Assembly (NCBI RefSeq): GCF_018350175.1 | Contig: NC_058382.1 | Coordinates: 52,268,001-52,332,000, forward strand | Source of the DNA: Felis catus | Taxonomy: Eukaryota | DNA length: 64,000 nt | Direction of reading: 5' to 3' | Shown: positions 51,070 to 64,000 of the stretch, in pieces | Position numbering within the stretch: position 1 is the first letter of the stretch | How the letters are laid out: every line of letters starts with the position of its first letter | Position numbers and translations under genes: made by a program | Notes under the pieces: model-generated | Seen by the model: only the letters and a program-made list of their open reading frames with translations | The model's database searches: none | What the model was told of the DNA's origin: nothing

Positions 51070-51447
51070 CAAACAGCTGGTGTTTAATGACTCCGTCAGA
51101 CCCAATTATAAAACATCAACTACTTACTTTGATTTGTGTATTTCTATGCCATGGGTATACTTAAAAACAGTAGAGTCTGCCAGAACTCATTCTGGCTTTG
51201 TTTACATTTATCTTTTAAACGTATAAGGCTATTGATGGCACCTCACCAAGGTCATAACCCCTTTATAATCATTAATTTTTAATCTGGAAAAGAGTCTTGG
51301 GGGCAGCAAGACTCATCTATATTTACTTGGAGGATCAAATGAAAATATACAGGACTCAAGCGTTGGCTAAAATAACCCAGGAAAGCCCCGTCAAAGGTTA
51401 GGAATGTGATATCTTTCTGCTTCCAAGAGCTGTAGCCCTTTATTTAA

Positions 51448-52101
<654 letters not shown>

Positions 52102-53109
52102 TAATGGACACACGCGTGTTCTTCAGCTTCTCTCCTCCGGTAGTGCCGAGTCTGGTCTTGACAGCCACGTCCTCGGGCCCGTTAAAGCCACCAGTCAGGG
52201 CTCTCGAACACTTTCAGTTGACTTAGATTATAGCTGTTTCTCTAAAGGCGTCTTGGAGGGCTGGATAGAAAACGTGGTTTTTCCAGTATTGCGTTAAGGA
52301 TGGCTTGAAGTCTTGGTGGAGATGCTTTGCTTTCTTTTGATGCTGTTTTTTTTTTAATTGCTGTTATTCAGAGGGCATAGTACTTGAAAACCATGTTTTG
52401 TGTCAGTAGGTGAAAAACATGGGTTGGTGACTGTTGAATTATCAGCCGAAGTGATTCCTTTGTTTCAGTTGGGAATCTATATTTGATGTTCTAAATTCTT
52501 CTTTTAATGGATGTGAACCTCACCTGGAAAACTTTTTGTCGGTCCCAAGTGCCTTTTATTCTTTACTTCCCCAAAGGTGAGTCCTTTTGGATGAATCACA
52601 CTTCTGTGGTTAGATTCGGAAGCGTTCACAAAGGTAAATAGGAAGTTTTTACATTCTCGATGGTCGTATAACCTCCATATCTAGAAACTTCTTCCATGAA
52701 AACGTTTTAGTAGGAAGTCTTTTAAATGAGCAATGCACATTTTACACAGTATATTTGGTATGGTGTTTTTTTCCTAAACCACGGGCCTTTAAAAACGCTT
52801 GAAATTAGTGCATGCAAATACTATTCCAGTTAACCGACTTAACCTCTAATCCTCAGAAAGGTCCAAACACGTTTTGGCTTCTGAGAGTATCACAAGGTGA
52901 ATTCATTATCCTGGGAAAATGATCATGTGGCCTCTGAATAGTCTGCCTTCTCCTCCAGCAGCCATTCCCACTTAACCGTGGGTCAGATACCCAACCACTC
53001 TGAGCCTGATTCCTCACACTTAAAATGGCAATACGGGTTGTTGTGGGGATTGACCCTAATGGGTATGACATTTATAACATTGGGTATGGAATTTCTGTGG
53101 TGACTTTCA

Positions 53110-53255
53110 TCTGACTGTGCACTGTGGTAGCCACCTGCCATGTGTGGCTCTGGAGCCCTTGAAAAGTGGCTAAATACAACCGAGAGGCTGAATTTTTCAT
53201 TGGATTTTACCTTGATTGATTTAGATTTACATAGCTGCAAGATTGGAAAGCACGG
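53110..53255. mobile_element. MER3-like hAT-Charlie fragment
   Basis: tggtagccacctgccatgtgtggct...ttgaaaagtggcta...ctgaatttt. Confidence 0.65.
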
Positions 53256-54840
53256 TTAAATAATGTGCCTAGATAGTAGGTATGTAGTATTCCTGCTATG
53301 ATGGTTGTTGTTATTGTTTATATTACCTCTGGAGAGGATTATTTTCCGAAGTGTCATTGTTTGTGTTGCATATAAAGATTGCAGAACTAAAGGAGTCCGT
53401 AGACCGGAGTCTGCTGGTCATAGTTGGGTGGACCTCTGTCTCTGTCCCTAGAGGCCCAAGGAGAAGGCAAATGGCAAAGTGGGAAGGGTGTCCAGATGAA
53501 GAGAGTCTGGCCTCGGACACGTACACCTGGTCTCCCAGGAGCCATAGTAGAATGAACTTTCCATGTTCTGGGCCCCCAGTAACTGAAAAACAGCATCTTT
53601 TCTATGCCATGATGCACTTTTTTGGAGAAGCATATAGATGATAAAGACTATGAAGTATGTATGTAGGTTTAGATTTTTAGGACATTCTTTTTTCTAATCG
53701 TGTTTTGATATATTTAGGTGTCCGGTGGTATTCTTGGCCATCAGAGTTCTCTGGCTAGGTTTATAAAGACGTGGAATGGGAATGAATTTGTCAGAGTCAC
53801 AGACAGTTGCTTCTTCACAACATAGACATTTAGGACTGTGTGTATGTAGACTGTGTGTGTGTGTGGACGGGGTGTATGCGGGAGAGATATCAGCATGATG
53901 GGGCTATGTCACTGGCAGGACAGACCAGGCTCACTGGAAAGGTCACCTTGTGTTTTATCCTCCCGTACGGGGCTTGACGCTACTTCTGTCATGAGAAGAC
54001 ATTTGTTTTGTGGATGCGGAGTGTCCTTCTCCCTTTTTTAACACACATTTATTTTTGGACATAAGCCACATAGTCGCATCCCCGTTGTCACCCCCTGTGA
54101 AAGCTGGATTCCTCAATGCCCACGAAGAAGCTTAGCATAAATGCAACGTCCTCATCGCCAGGGGGCCGTTTGTGCTGCACTGATGTGTCTGCGTGTCACT
54201 CCAACAGGGTCTCCTTTTGACATGAGTGTTGCTGGGGTACCCATCGCATTGCCCAAGGTCACGGAATGGAGAAGCTCAGCCCACCCTTGTGCTCGGAAGC
54301 CCTGCCTTTGCTTCTCCACTGTAGCTGGCTCCCTTAAGTATTAAACAGCAGTATTCTAATATCAACGTCCCTTTTTTATTTGCTGTGACTTGCTGTGACT
54401 ACGGCGATTTTAGTTACAGTAATTAGGTCACCCTTCATGGAGTCAGGCTATTTTAAGTGCCTCTTTAAGGAATATTGTTGCAGATCAGTAATTTTACAAT
54501 TGGATGTTCTTGTGCAACTTTATTAAATGTAATCTGTCTTTTAAATGTTGCCCTTTTACAGTTATACATTTCTAATTGTTGCTGTAAATGCATTATCACT
54601 TTGAAATTAATTAATTTTTCCATTTTGGCTGCCTGCAGTATAATAATCACTAATGAGAAACTCATAGGGATTAATCTCAGCACAGCGACCCCTACTGGTA
54701 AGGCTGTGTCTTTGGCACCGCGTCCCCTTGAGGTCTGGAGGGTAGGCCAAGTGTTTGAGGAGTCTGTGGGGGAAGCGTTTGTTTCCTTTCCCTCCAACTT
54801 GTGTAAAAATAAAAATAATTCATACCAATGGGAATAGGAT

Positions 54841-54935
54841 TTTTTTTAAGTAATCTTTACACCCATCGTGGGGCTTGAACTCACAATCCCCGAATCAAGA
54901 GTCACATGCTCTTCCTGTTGAACAAGCCAGGCGTC
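54841..54935 (-). mobile_element. Short tRNA(Lys)-like carnivore SINE (SINEC_old-like)
   Basis: The reverse complement reads gacgcctggc...gagcatgtgactcttgat...gttcaagccccacg...gattacttaaaaaaa. TSD gaatag(g/a)att. Confidence 0.8.
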
Positions 54936-56769
54936 TGGCGAATAGAATTGTTTTAAAATATTGTTTAAAAAATATGCAGGACTCTAGCTCCTCTTGAAAC
55001 ATCTTAAAGTTTGGTGGGAGCTTTTTGATAATGAAGTCACATGTCTATGTTATACATTATTTTCTTGTCTCCCTAGCTTTCTTTTATGCAATTAACATAC
55101 TCTAAAATTGTATCTTGCATATGTGTGCATGAATATATACTGTAAGGATATATAAAGTGCTCATACCTTGGTATTTCTCCAAGAAACTTAATTCACAAAA
55201 CCAGGCTTATTGTATTATTGGGTGATAGAAGAGATTTCCAATTTTGGCTATTGGCAATCGTTGCCATTTGGTGACTTTAGACTCCTGCTGTGCCCCCAGG
55301 TAGGATGTGCCTTTGCACCTTAGTCCAGACCCTGTGATGCTTTAATTCCTCACAACGGTTCCACACAATGCTAGAATGATTATCCTAACTCACCCACCTT
55401 GCCTGGAGACCCTTACCGGCTCCTCCCAAGTACATTTGCCTTGTCTGATGCACCACAGCGTCCCCACTGTGTAGATCTCCTCGTGCCGTTATTGTTTCCT
55501 TTTTAAAATGCTTGAGAGTACCTTCATGAACTTAACCCTCGGCCTTTTTTTTTTTCTTTTTCTTTTTCTTTTTTTGCCCCACGTAAACTTTCAGTTCTGG
55601 TAAACAACGCATTAGCTCGAGTTCCTAGGTCCAAGCCAGCCCTTTGCGGATCGGTATGTAAATTTGAAGCTGAGCTCTGTCACGTGCCTCTGAGGGTGTT
55701 TTGTGTGACCAAATATTTATGTTGGCAGGTAACGGTAGAAAGAATATCATGTGTTAGGGTAGCAGGAGCTTAGCAGATGTTTTAGGGAGCTGCGTTTTCA
55801 AATCATTTTACATTAAAAAATGGCTCGAGTTTGTCGAACTTCTGGAATGATTGAGTTACGTTTCCTGTGGCCGTGTAGAGGCAGTCATTGGGCTGAGTTT
55901 TAACAGATGTGCGGCCACCCCGCTAATGGATGGATCTGCACCACCGGTCCTGTTGCAAAGTTATAAATTATAACTAGAAAAAGCACAAGATGCCATTCTT
56001 CTAACCTTCGCGAAAGCCAAGCTGGGTAATTCTGCCCTTGAACGACCCGCCGCAGGGTGATTTATAGTTGTATAATTTAAAACATAATGAAGGAGATAAT
56101 AGATGTTGATTTGTTCTTTAAATTAGTGTTTTAGAAAAATACTTCTCCTCCCCCCCCCCCCCCACTTTTAAATACCTGCAGCTGACTACACTCCAGATAT
56201 TATCAAGGACAAAGCCCCGTTGGAATCTTTACCCATGCACTGGAGGAGAAGGCAAGGGCCTTTTCCTGGGCTGGGAGGAGGAGAGAGAGTTTTCAAAGTA
56301 GAAATTTCAGAATATTCCTCACTAATGTAAATGCTGGGGGACTCCCGAGTGAGGGTTGAGTTCTCTGGCTGCTTTGCCTTTGCCAGTCCAGATATGTTAG
56401 AAAACTAGACTCCTACGACCCCGCCGTGGCTGGGCCGCACTTGACCTTTCCTGCAGAACCCCACAGGAGGACCTGTTGGCAGTGCTCTTCCTGCCGAGGT
56501 CACATAGCCGCTATCTCACACGTTCTGCTCACTTTCCCGGATTATCATTGGCATTGGTTTTATTAGTCACCTCTGATTCCGTCCAGAGCTTGAAAGTTAA
56601 CGGTGTTTGCTCAAGGTACAGCCCAAGGGATATGGTAGAGTGAAAAAGAGCAAAGCATTTAGAACCATTAGGACTGTATTCAAAACTCAACGTTTCCACC
56701 TCTTATGATTATATAACTTTGAAATGATGCATCCTTTGTGAGGTTCGTATTCTACATCAGTGTTCATGT

Positions 56770-57200
56770 TTTGTGCTGTGAGTTAATACTGCCCAATTAA
56801 AAATCTTTGGAATAATATTGGTTTGTTTTTCTCATGTATCCAGAAATCCAAGGGCTGTTAGGGGTGTGTTTGGCTACTTTTAGGCAGCTTCTTTGTGCTT
56901 GTGTTAGCTTTTCCCTCATGCTTATAAGATGGCTGCAGTAGCAGCAACCATTGCGTCCTACATGATGAGGTCTGAAGGCAGAATGGGAGGGATGGGACTC
57001 CTCCTTGCATACCTCCCTTCTTTATCAAGTAAGAGAACATTCCATCTCAGAGCATTCCATCTCAGAACTGTCTTCTGTAGCACTTTGCTTCAGCTCCCAC
57101 TGGCCAGGATTCAGAGTCGCTTGTCCGTAGCCGTGGTGCAAGGGAGGCTGGGAAAGTGCATTTCTGGCATTTTGTGTCTCTAGGGTTGGAGGTGAGATTG
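56770..57200 (-). mobile_element. MLT1-like MaLR LTR
   Basis: aagatggctgcagtagc...cactggccaggat...gcaagggaggctgggaaagtg...ttctggc. Confidence 0.65.
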
Positions 57201-57439
57201 GTGGCAGAGAAAATGGATGGCACGATGGCTTTTGAGCAGGCTCTGGTGAATAAGTGTGCCTATAGTTTTTCTCATCTGTCGGGTGGGAATCCTGTCTTTC
57301 TTAGGGGTCACTGTGAAAGCATGTGAGAATTGAATGAAAGGAGCATGGCCTTGTCTGGTCCCCTTCCATGCGGCGAGCTTTACCTCAATCTCATTAGAGC
57401 TCATTCTCCTTCCTTCTCGAGGATGCTGAAGCATACTTC

Positions 57440-57830
57440 CTTTAGTCTAAAACCCTCCCTTTCCTCCAGGTCTAGTTACTTTCTACTCGTCCTTCAAAGC
57501 TCAATCCAAACATCACAGCCCAAGGAAGCATTAGATCAGAATGTGGTCAAGACTCCCTTTCTGTGCCCTCCTAAGGGCTGGTTCTCAGAATACTGTCTGA
57601 CACGCAGTAGTCCTCCGTAAACATGTGCCCAATGAACGAATGAAGGACGCCCAGAAATTCTCCTACAGATCCCTGGAAACAAACACAATTTAGAAAAATA
57701 ATCTGTGCGGTTCTGTGTTTAATGCCTTTCTCTCCCTCTCTTGAAAGTGCTGTTTTTGCATTCACACCACTGTATCCCTGGTCCATAAAGTAAATGCTCA
57801 GTAAATATTTGTAAATGAATAAATGAAAGA
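57440..57830 (+). mobile_element. L2 fragments
   Basis: ctactcgtccttcaaagctca...ccactgtatccc...taaatgctcagtaaatatttgtaaatgaataaatgaa terminus. Confidence 0.55.
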
Positions 57831-60099
57831 CGATTAGGTGCTTAATGAATGACAGTCATTAAGGCATTCCTTATCATTACTCTATCTGAGGAGGGCAGAG
57901 CACCGCACTTCACAATGTGCACATAGAGAAGCGGATGAGGCTAGGGGGCCCGGCCTGCATCCCGCAGCTAGTACGCAGGAGAGCTGGGACCAGAACCCAG
58001 GCCCCCCAGCCTCCCGGCCAAGTGCCGGATAAGGGGTCTTCCAAAGGGGTGTGTGTGGAGGGAAACCCTAAGGAGAGAACCGGAAGGCGTGGGGAAGAGG
58101 CTGTAAAACTGGGTGAGACCCCGGCTCTCCCTCCCACCTTACCTCTTGGGTACATTTTCTAAGCTGATTGAGATTCATGAACTGGAACGTTCGGCCTACC
58201 TCAGGGGTTCTTGTTGAGAATTGAAGGAGCTTAGGAATACACTGCATCTAGAATGTGCTCGATGCTCAACAAACACTAAGTGGTATCACTGTTACAACTG
58301 ACACGCATTGAGAATTGACGAGCAGGACGACACAGCACACAGAACACGCTAGATGCTCAATAAATATTTATTATTGTGGTCATCATCATGTCTTCGGGCG
58401 AGTGACGGTCCCTTCCCTTCCCCTCGAGTCGATGTCTGTCCTCCCATTGACGGCTCTGGGTCTGTTCCTGAAGGTCTCATACCCCCTCGAGCGCTGAGCG
58501 CAGAAACACCACCCACCAGCCGGAGGAACACGCAGAATGGCCGCCGCGACCCGACGGGTTTCCGTGGTGCGAATCGCAAGCCCTCCCGGCTGCCTGTTTG
58601 GAGCCACCAACTGCACACTTAGCTTTGAGGGAAGATCAGCCCTTGCTTGTTGAAGACAAAGACAAGGGAAGTACGCGTGGCTCTGTGAGGCCACAGCCTC
58701 TCTTCCCGGCATCTTCTCCGCCTGGCTTTTCAGCGTTTCAAGTCTGGTTAGGCCTTTGTTCCCGAATGAGGACTCCAGAGGTGGGGGGGAGTGACGATCT
58801 GGCCTTAATATGTGTGACAAATTATTTAATGAACATTTAGCCAAGATTTGAAAGTCCCCTCGTTTTATCTTCCTCGCCTCCCTTTCTTCTGCACCCCTGC
58901 CGGCGTTTTGGTAACGTGTGGCCTCATCCCCGCTCCCTCGCTAGCTCTTTCATTGCTTTTAAGTCCGTGGTGCCGCCTTTGATCCTCCCCTCTCGGTTTC
59001 CTTTTCTCCAATTTCATGCTTTTTTCCGGCGGGTTTTGGCTGGCGTGCAGCGTAGACGTCGGAGGCCAGCACGATGAGACAGACGCCAGGAGCTTGCGTG
59101 GCCCCGTGACAGCACTTCTGCCACGTGTCCTCTGTGGACGTTGTTTTCTGTGTCACTCCCCGGACGCGCGGATCGTTCCTTGGGAGGTGGGCGGTTCGTG
59201 TGCGTTTTTGGCAGCAAGAAAAAGAACTCAGATCCCGTGTTCTGAGTTGTAGAGAAACTGAAACCCACACCTGCCCCCGCCCCTTCTTGAGACACTAAGA
59301 AAATCAGTTCCGGTGGTCGTGTCACATGCAAAGGTACTCGGGGCCAGGCTCCAGGCTCTGGGTCTTACATCTTTATGTGCCTTGTCTCACTTAATGCCGT
59401 CTTAGAGTTTGCTGTCATCAGACAATCGTGTGTCTCTGAGCACATCATTTGCCCTCTCTGCGCCTCAGTTGTGTCATCTGTAAAATGAGTCGGTTGACCA
59501 GATTAGTCAAATTAGTCCCATGGCTTATGTGGTTTACGGATTTTAGAGAATGGGTATAATCTGAAAGGAAGTAAGAAAGGGATACTAAGGTAGGTTCGTA
59601 CCTTTTTATCCCGAAAACATGAAAAACAAACCCACCACCATTGACTATCAGCACCGTTTTTTAAGGAATGGGTATTTTAACGCCAAAAAGTATAAACAGG
59701 ACCCGACTGTGGACCCAAAAGCAGACCTCGCGGTGGACGGCGTTTGACTTCAGGAAAACTCCTGATGGTGTCACTGCTGTGTTGTTCTTGAAAGTCCTGG
59801 GCCTGCCCTTGGGAATGACCGGCCCAGAAGACCCCACAGGTCCAGACTTGCGGGAAAGCTAACTGCGTCTCACTTCATTGTCATGAACCCGAGGTGAGAC
59901 CCTCAGAAACGCGGACCTACCTAGACTCCCCAGAACTGAGTAAAGCACAGTGCAGGGACGCGCGAGGTTTGAATCTGGGTACAAGCTGACCTAGTGTAGG
60001 TGATTTTTTCCCCCCACAAGCACCTGTCTCAGCCTGTGCACTTTTATAAATATGACACCCCATCTTCTTCCGTCCCAGTTTCTGTGGGTTTGGAACCCC

Positions 60100-60555
60100 G
60101 GGCATGGCTTCACGGAGCTGCCTGCTTCCGGGTCGGCTCCCAGACCACCCTTCCTGGGTGAGCCAGATTGAAACCGTCTCAAGGCTCAGCTGGAGAGGGG
60201 TCCACTTCCAGGGTCCCGTGCTGGTTCGCAGGATTCAGCTCCCTGTGGCCCAGCGGACTGGGGACTCTCTGGTTCCTCCCTGGCCATGCGCTGGACGCCC
60301 CTTTCTCCCTTCCTTGCCGCCCAGGCCTCCCCACCGTGGCAGCTTGTTTCATCAGAGCGCGGAAGCCGAGGAGGAAACAGTCTGTCAGCGTGATGAAGTC
60401 CCGGTCCTTCGCAACCTTAGCACAGAAGTGACACCTCACTACTTTGGCCCGTTCTGTTTGTTAGAAGCCAGTCCCTGGGTGGGACCCGCATTCACAGAGA
60501 GAGGATTTCACCGCGGCGTGGAGACCGGGAGGCAGGGAGCACTGTGAGGCTGTCA
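60100..60555 (-). mobile_element. MLT1-like MaLR LTR fragment
   Basis: gcagcttgtttcatcagagc...cagaagtgacacctcactactttg...ttagaagc...ggagaccgggaggcaggg. Confidence 0.55.
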
Positions 60556-63436
60556 CACTTTACAAGTCCAGTGTCGTTGGTTTTTTCCAGTGCCTTTTGG
60601 TGACAGATTTGCTTCCAGGCTTCGATATTTCCTGGCCTTGCGCCATGGCAGTCCTTACTGACACGCTTCTGTCTGCCTTGCTGTTCTGCTCGGGTCCTTT
60701 CTACGTTCTTGTCTTCTTCCCTCTTTCTGGGCCGCAAGAGGTACCAGATGCCCCCACTTTGTTTTTTATATATTTATGCATTTCTGCCTCACGGTGGGAG
60801 ATAAGATTTAGTCTTTTAATAAGAGAGCTTATGGAAAAAATAAAGAAACGTGTGGATTCTGTTTCCGAAAGTCAAGTATTTATTTTCTTGCCTCTTTAGT
60901 AGAGGGGGCCATGTTAATCGATGGCCCAAATTTTCTTCCTAAAGAAACGTGTGTTGCCGAGTTTTGATTCAAGTTTCAAAAACTGGCCAGAGAACTTGGG
61001 CTTTTTTTTTTTTTTTAAAGCCATAAAGCTAGATAAAATTCAGCGATCATTTCAAAGTCCACGTAGAATATTATTCTTGTTGCAGTCTATGTATAGTCTC
61101 TAGGATTTGTTGTTTCGGTTTTGGGGTTTATTATTATTATTTTTTTCAGCAGCAATGTAAGGGGAAGAAACACTTTCATTTTGCTGTTTTCAGAAAATAT
61201 TGTAGAGATTGATTTTGAATGTGTTCATGTTATAAAACCTCTCCTTTAGAAAGTATAATAAGTAAAATATCTTAGTAATATTCTAATATTCCCCTGTGAA
61301 ATATCATGCTTTTTTTCTCTCTCTTTTTTTTTTTCACTAAGATGGGGCTTTTGTTTCGCCACATACTGCCTTCTACACCGCTTGAGACATTTCATCTCCA
61401 AGTTTCATAGGATGGGGTCTCTTTAATCATTTACATTTTGAAAAAAAAAAAAAAGAAAGTGAAATATTCTTTAAGAAGCCAAAGTAATCCACGGGAATGT
61501 ATGGTGTTTGTTCAGCTGGATATGTTATTTATTTGAAGTACTGAGAGAAATCTCTTCTGACTGCTCAAAAAAGGGAAGAATAAACAGTAAGAGTGTCCAA
61601 GTAATCTGAGCTCGAAGGTCCCTCCTTTCACAGAAAAGTTATAAAAAGTATATTCGCCAGATCCAAAAAAAATACTGTATATCAACTACTGAGACCTGCA
61701 CAATGTTTTCTTAGTATTCTCACTCTTCAGAAGAAAGAAAGAAAAAAAAAAAAAACAACTGTAAAACCTGGGAACTTAAATTTTTTTTTTTTTTGTTATT
61801 TTAATATTCCTCGGCAGGTGAATACAATAAGTCTGTTTTTCCTTCTTAGAGCGTAGCATCTCCTGTTGGCTTTTGGGTGTGTTATGTGTAACTTGTGTCT
61901 TTGTTGACTCTCTATAACCATAAATGACCACGTAATGAAATTTGTGGGCCTAACATCTCAGCATTAACTCTGAGTACGTGTCCTATAAAGAAGGCATTAA
62001 GAAGATGTTTAAAAGAAAAAAAAAATTACAACGTATTTCAAAAGAATTAGATTCTGGAATGTATCCAGTCATGAAAATAATATAGATTTCTTCTGTCTTC
62101 GTGCACTCTGTTAAAACCATTAGGAATGAGCCGGCATGTTCCTTGTGGATGAAATGTAGGGGAACGTACCAAATTCCTATATCCCAGACCCAGAAGGGCC
62201 TGTTCTCTGTAGCGGTTTGCTTTCCTCTTAAGCTTGCGTGCCACATCTTCCAGTGTCATTTTGTCTCACTGCCAGACTCAAGGCTCTGTCGGAGTCATAT
62301 TTGAACCCGGAGTGGAGGTCTTTCTCATACAGAGCAAAAACAAGCTTACCTTTGCCGTGTGCACCACTGACACGCTGCCTTGTTAAGTCTCTAACGTTAA
62401 GGTTTGAAATGTATTCTTTCTTTTTGAGAGATTCGCTGTGAGTTTTCCCTGGATAAGTGTATGCTCTGTGAATCTAGAGGAAAAAAAACCTAATAACCAC
62501 AAAACCACTGCTCTGATTTATCAGGACTCACCTGTTCTAAGCACCTCCCATGTGTCCACTCATTTATTTCCTGCCATTCGCTACCAGCCGTGTAAGGTCT
62601 GTAGGACCTGAGAAGAGCGTGTTCATCTATCTTGTGGAAGAGAAACGCATCGCAATGTAAGCACAAAGGCCATGCCTTTGACGTTGAAGACGCAGGGCTC
62701 TGAGCTTCAGCCCTTCCTTGTAGTGGGCAAATCACATGACCTCTCTGGACCTCAGGTTTTCTTTTTCTCTTTGGAATGGAGAAAATCGTTCCCACATCTT
62801 TGGGTTGTTTGTGGATTAAGTCATCACTCAACCCTGGGGCATAGAGTAGACCCTCAAGAAATACTGGTTTTCTTGTGTCCTACTTGTTAATGTGAACTTT
62901 CTTGGGGTTTACTGATTTCTGAGGACACACAAGAAGCTACTGTCAGGGATGTTGTCTCTTATTTGACCCCAAAACACGTGAAGCTGTACCACACTGCGTG
63001 TTGGGAATGCCCTTGAACTCTGAATCCCAAGGAGAGCCCCTGGGCACCTACCGTTCTCTCTTCTGCTTGGTAATGAAATTGTAGCGTATTGCTGGAGCTG
63101 CTCATCCAATTCTGTGCCTTTTCAAGCCATATTAATGCTAATGGTGAGCGTATCAGCTTCCTCTGGTTTTTAGTGGCTCTACATTTTGTTCCTCTTGTTC
63201 TGTGCCTTTTCTTTCTTTGGGTCACCTTAAATCCGTTTTTGGAAGCAGATCAACTATGAATTACTAAAGTGATGTAGGTTGAAGTACAGGCATATCACAT
63301 TAAATCTGTTAATAATATAAGGCCAAAAGCACTTCATCTTGGTCTGCACTTTGGGGCATATTTCTGAATTGTCCACATTCAACAGAAGAGATGATGCAAT
63401 ACCCTTTGCAGAACTTAAAAAAACAGAACCTAAAAA

Positions 63437-63461
63437 AATTTTTTTTAATGTTTATTTATTT

Positions 63462-63499
<38 letters not shown>

Positions 63500-63681
63500 C
63501 AGAGACAGACAGAACGTGAGCAGGGGAGTGGCAGAGGGAGAGGGAGACACAGAATCGGAAGCAGGCTCCAGGCTCTGAGCTGTCAGCACAGAGCCTGACG
63601 TGGGGCTCGAGCTCATCAACCGTGACACCATGACCCAAGCTGAAGTCGGACACTTAACCCACTGTGCCACCCAGGAGCCCC
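63437..63681 (-). mobile_element. Can-SINE with (GAGACA)n expansion
   Basis: Consensus-like body and head. Confidence 0.92.
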
Positions 63682-64000
63682 AACAAGATGTATCTTTTAA
63701 TAAAACCATCCTGCGTTTGGAATTTGGGGGGGGGCTTTCGCTTTTATTTCCACTTTTTTTTTCCTCATATGATTTATATGATGCTAGATATTGTTTTCTG
63801 TCAAGGAGTATACCAGCTGCCCAGATGGCAAGACTTCTAGTCACAGAGAAGTACACACATGTATATGCATGCAATCACAGTTCTTCAAAGACCTGATATA
63901 CATTTACTTCTTCTTTCGTCTTTCTCTTTCTATTTCTTGATTATTCTCTTTCTCCTATGCCCATTATTATTTTTCAGTCAGCTGTTCTTAAATATCTTTG

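Noticed and set aside
54841..54935. Functional tRNA-Lys gene
   Set aside because: The cloverleaf is degenerate and it has an A-tail and TSD, so it is a tRNA-derived SINE.
57034..57068. Short tandem duplication (cattccatctcaga x2)
   Set aside because: Ordinary slippage duplication within an old LTR relic, with no sign of function.
58349..60547. Cluster of overlapping ORFs on both strands
   Set aside because: Explained by high GC content and few stop codons, with no homology I can recognise.

Overview
This is eukaryotic (mammalian) DNA, very likely from a cat-family (Felidae) genome, judging by the abundant tRNA-derived carnivore SINEs, including young felid-type copies. The whole window lies inside the WWOX gene on the + strand. 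It starts in intron 5, contains exons 6 (4228-4316), 7 (45673-45858) and 8 (51789-52053), which encode most of the short-chain dehydrogenase/reductase (SDR) domain including the YNRSK catalytic motif, and ends in intron 8. About 99% is intronic. I count about 24 carnivore SINEs, plus ancient L1M, L2, MIR, MaLR and hAT fragments and several microsatellites. There are no prokaryotic-type features, RNA genes or CRISPR arrays, and nearly all of the ORF track is noise or L1 debris. The most notable structure is a ~9.2 kb nested insertion in intron 6 (33823-43002) that can be rebuilt from four pairs of target-site duplications (TSDs). An ancient L1 was split by a 5'-truncated L1 that appears to carry a ~0.83 kb 3' transduction with its own AATAAA and poly(A). 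A near-full-length L1 then inserted at that poly(A) signal, and two young SINEs inserted into the stack. This is a known mechanism caught in an unusually legible form. I found no evidence for a new biological system. Repeat family names and human comparisons are from memory, not from a search.
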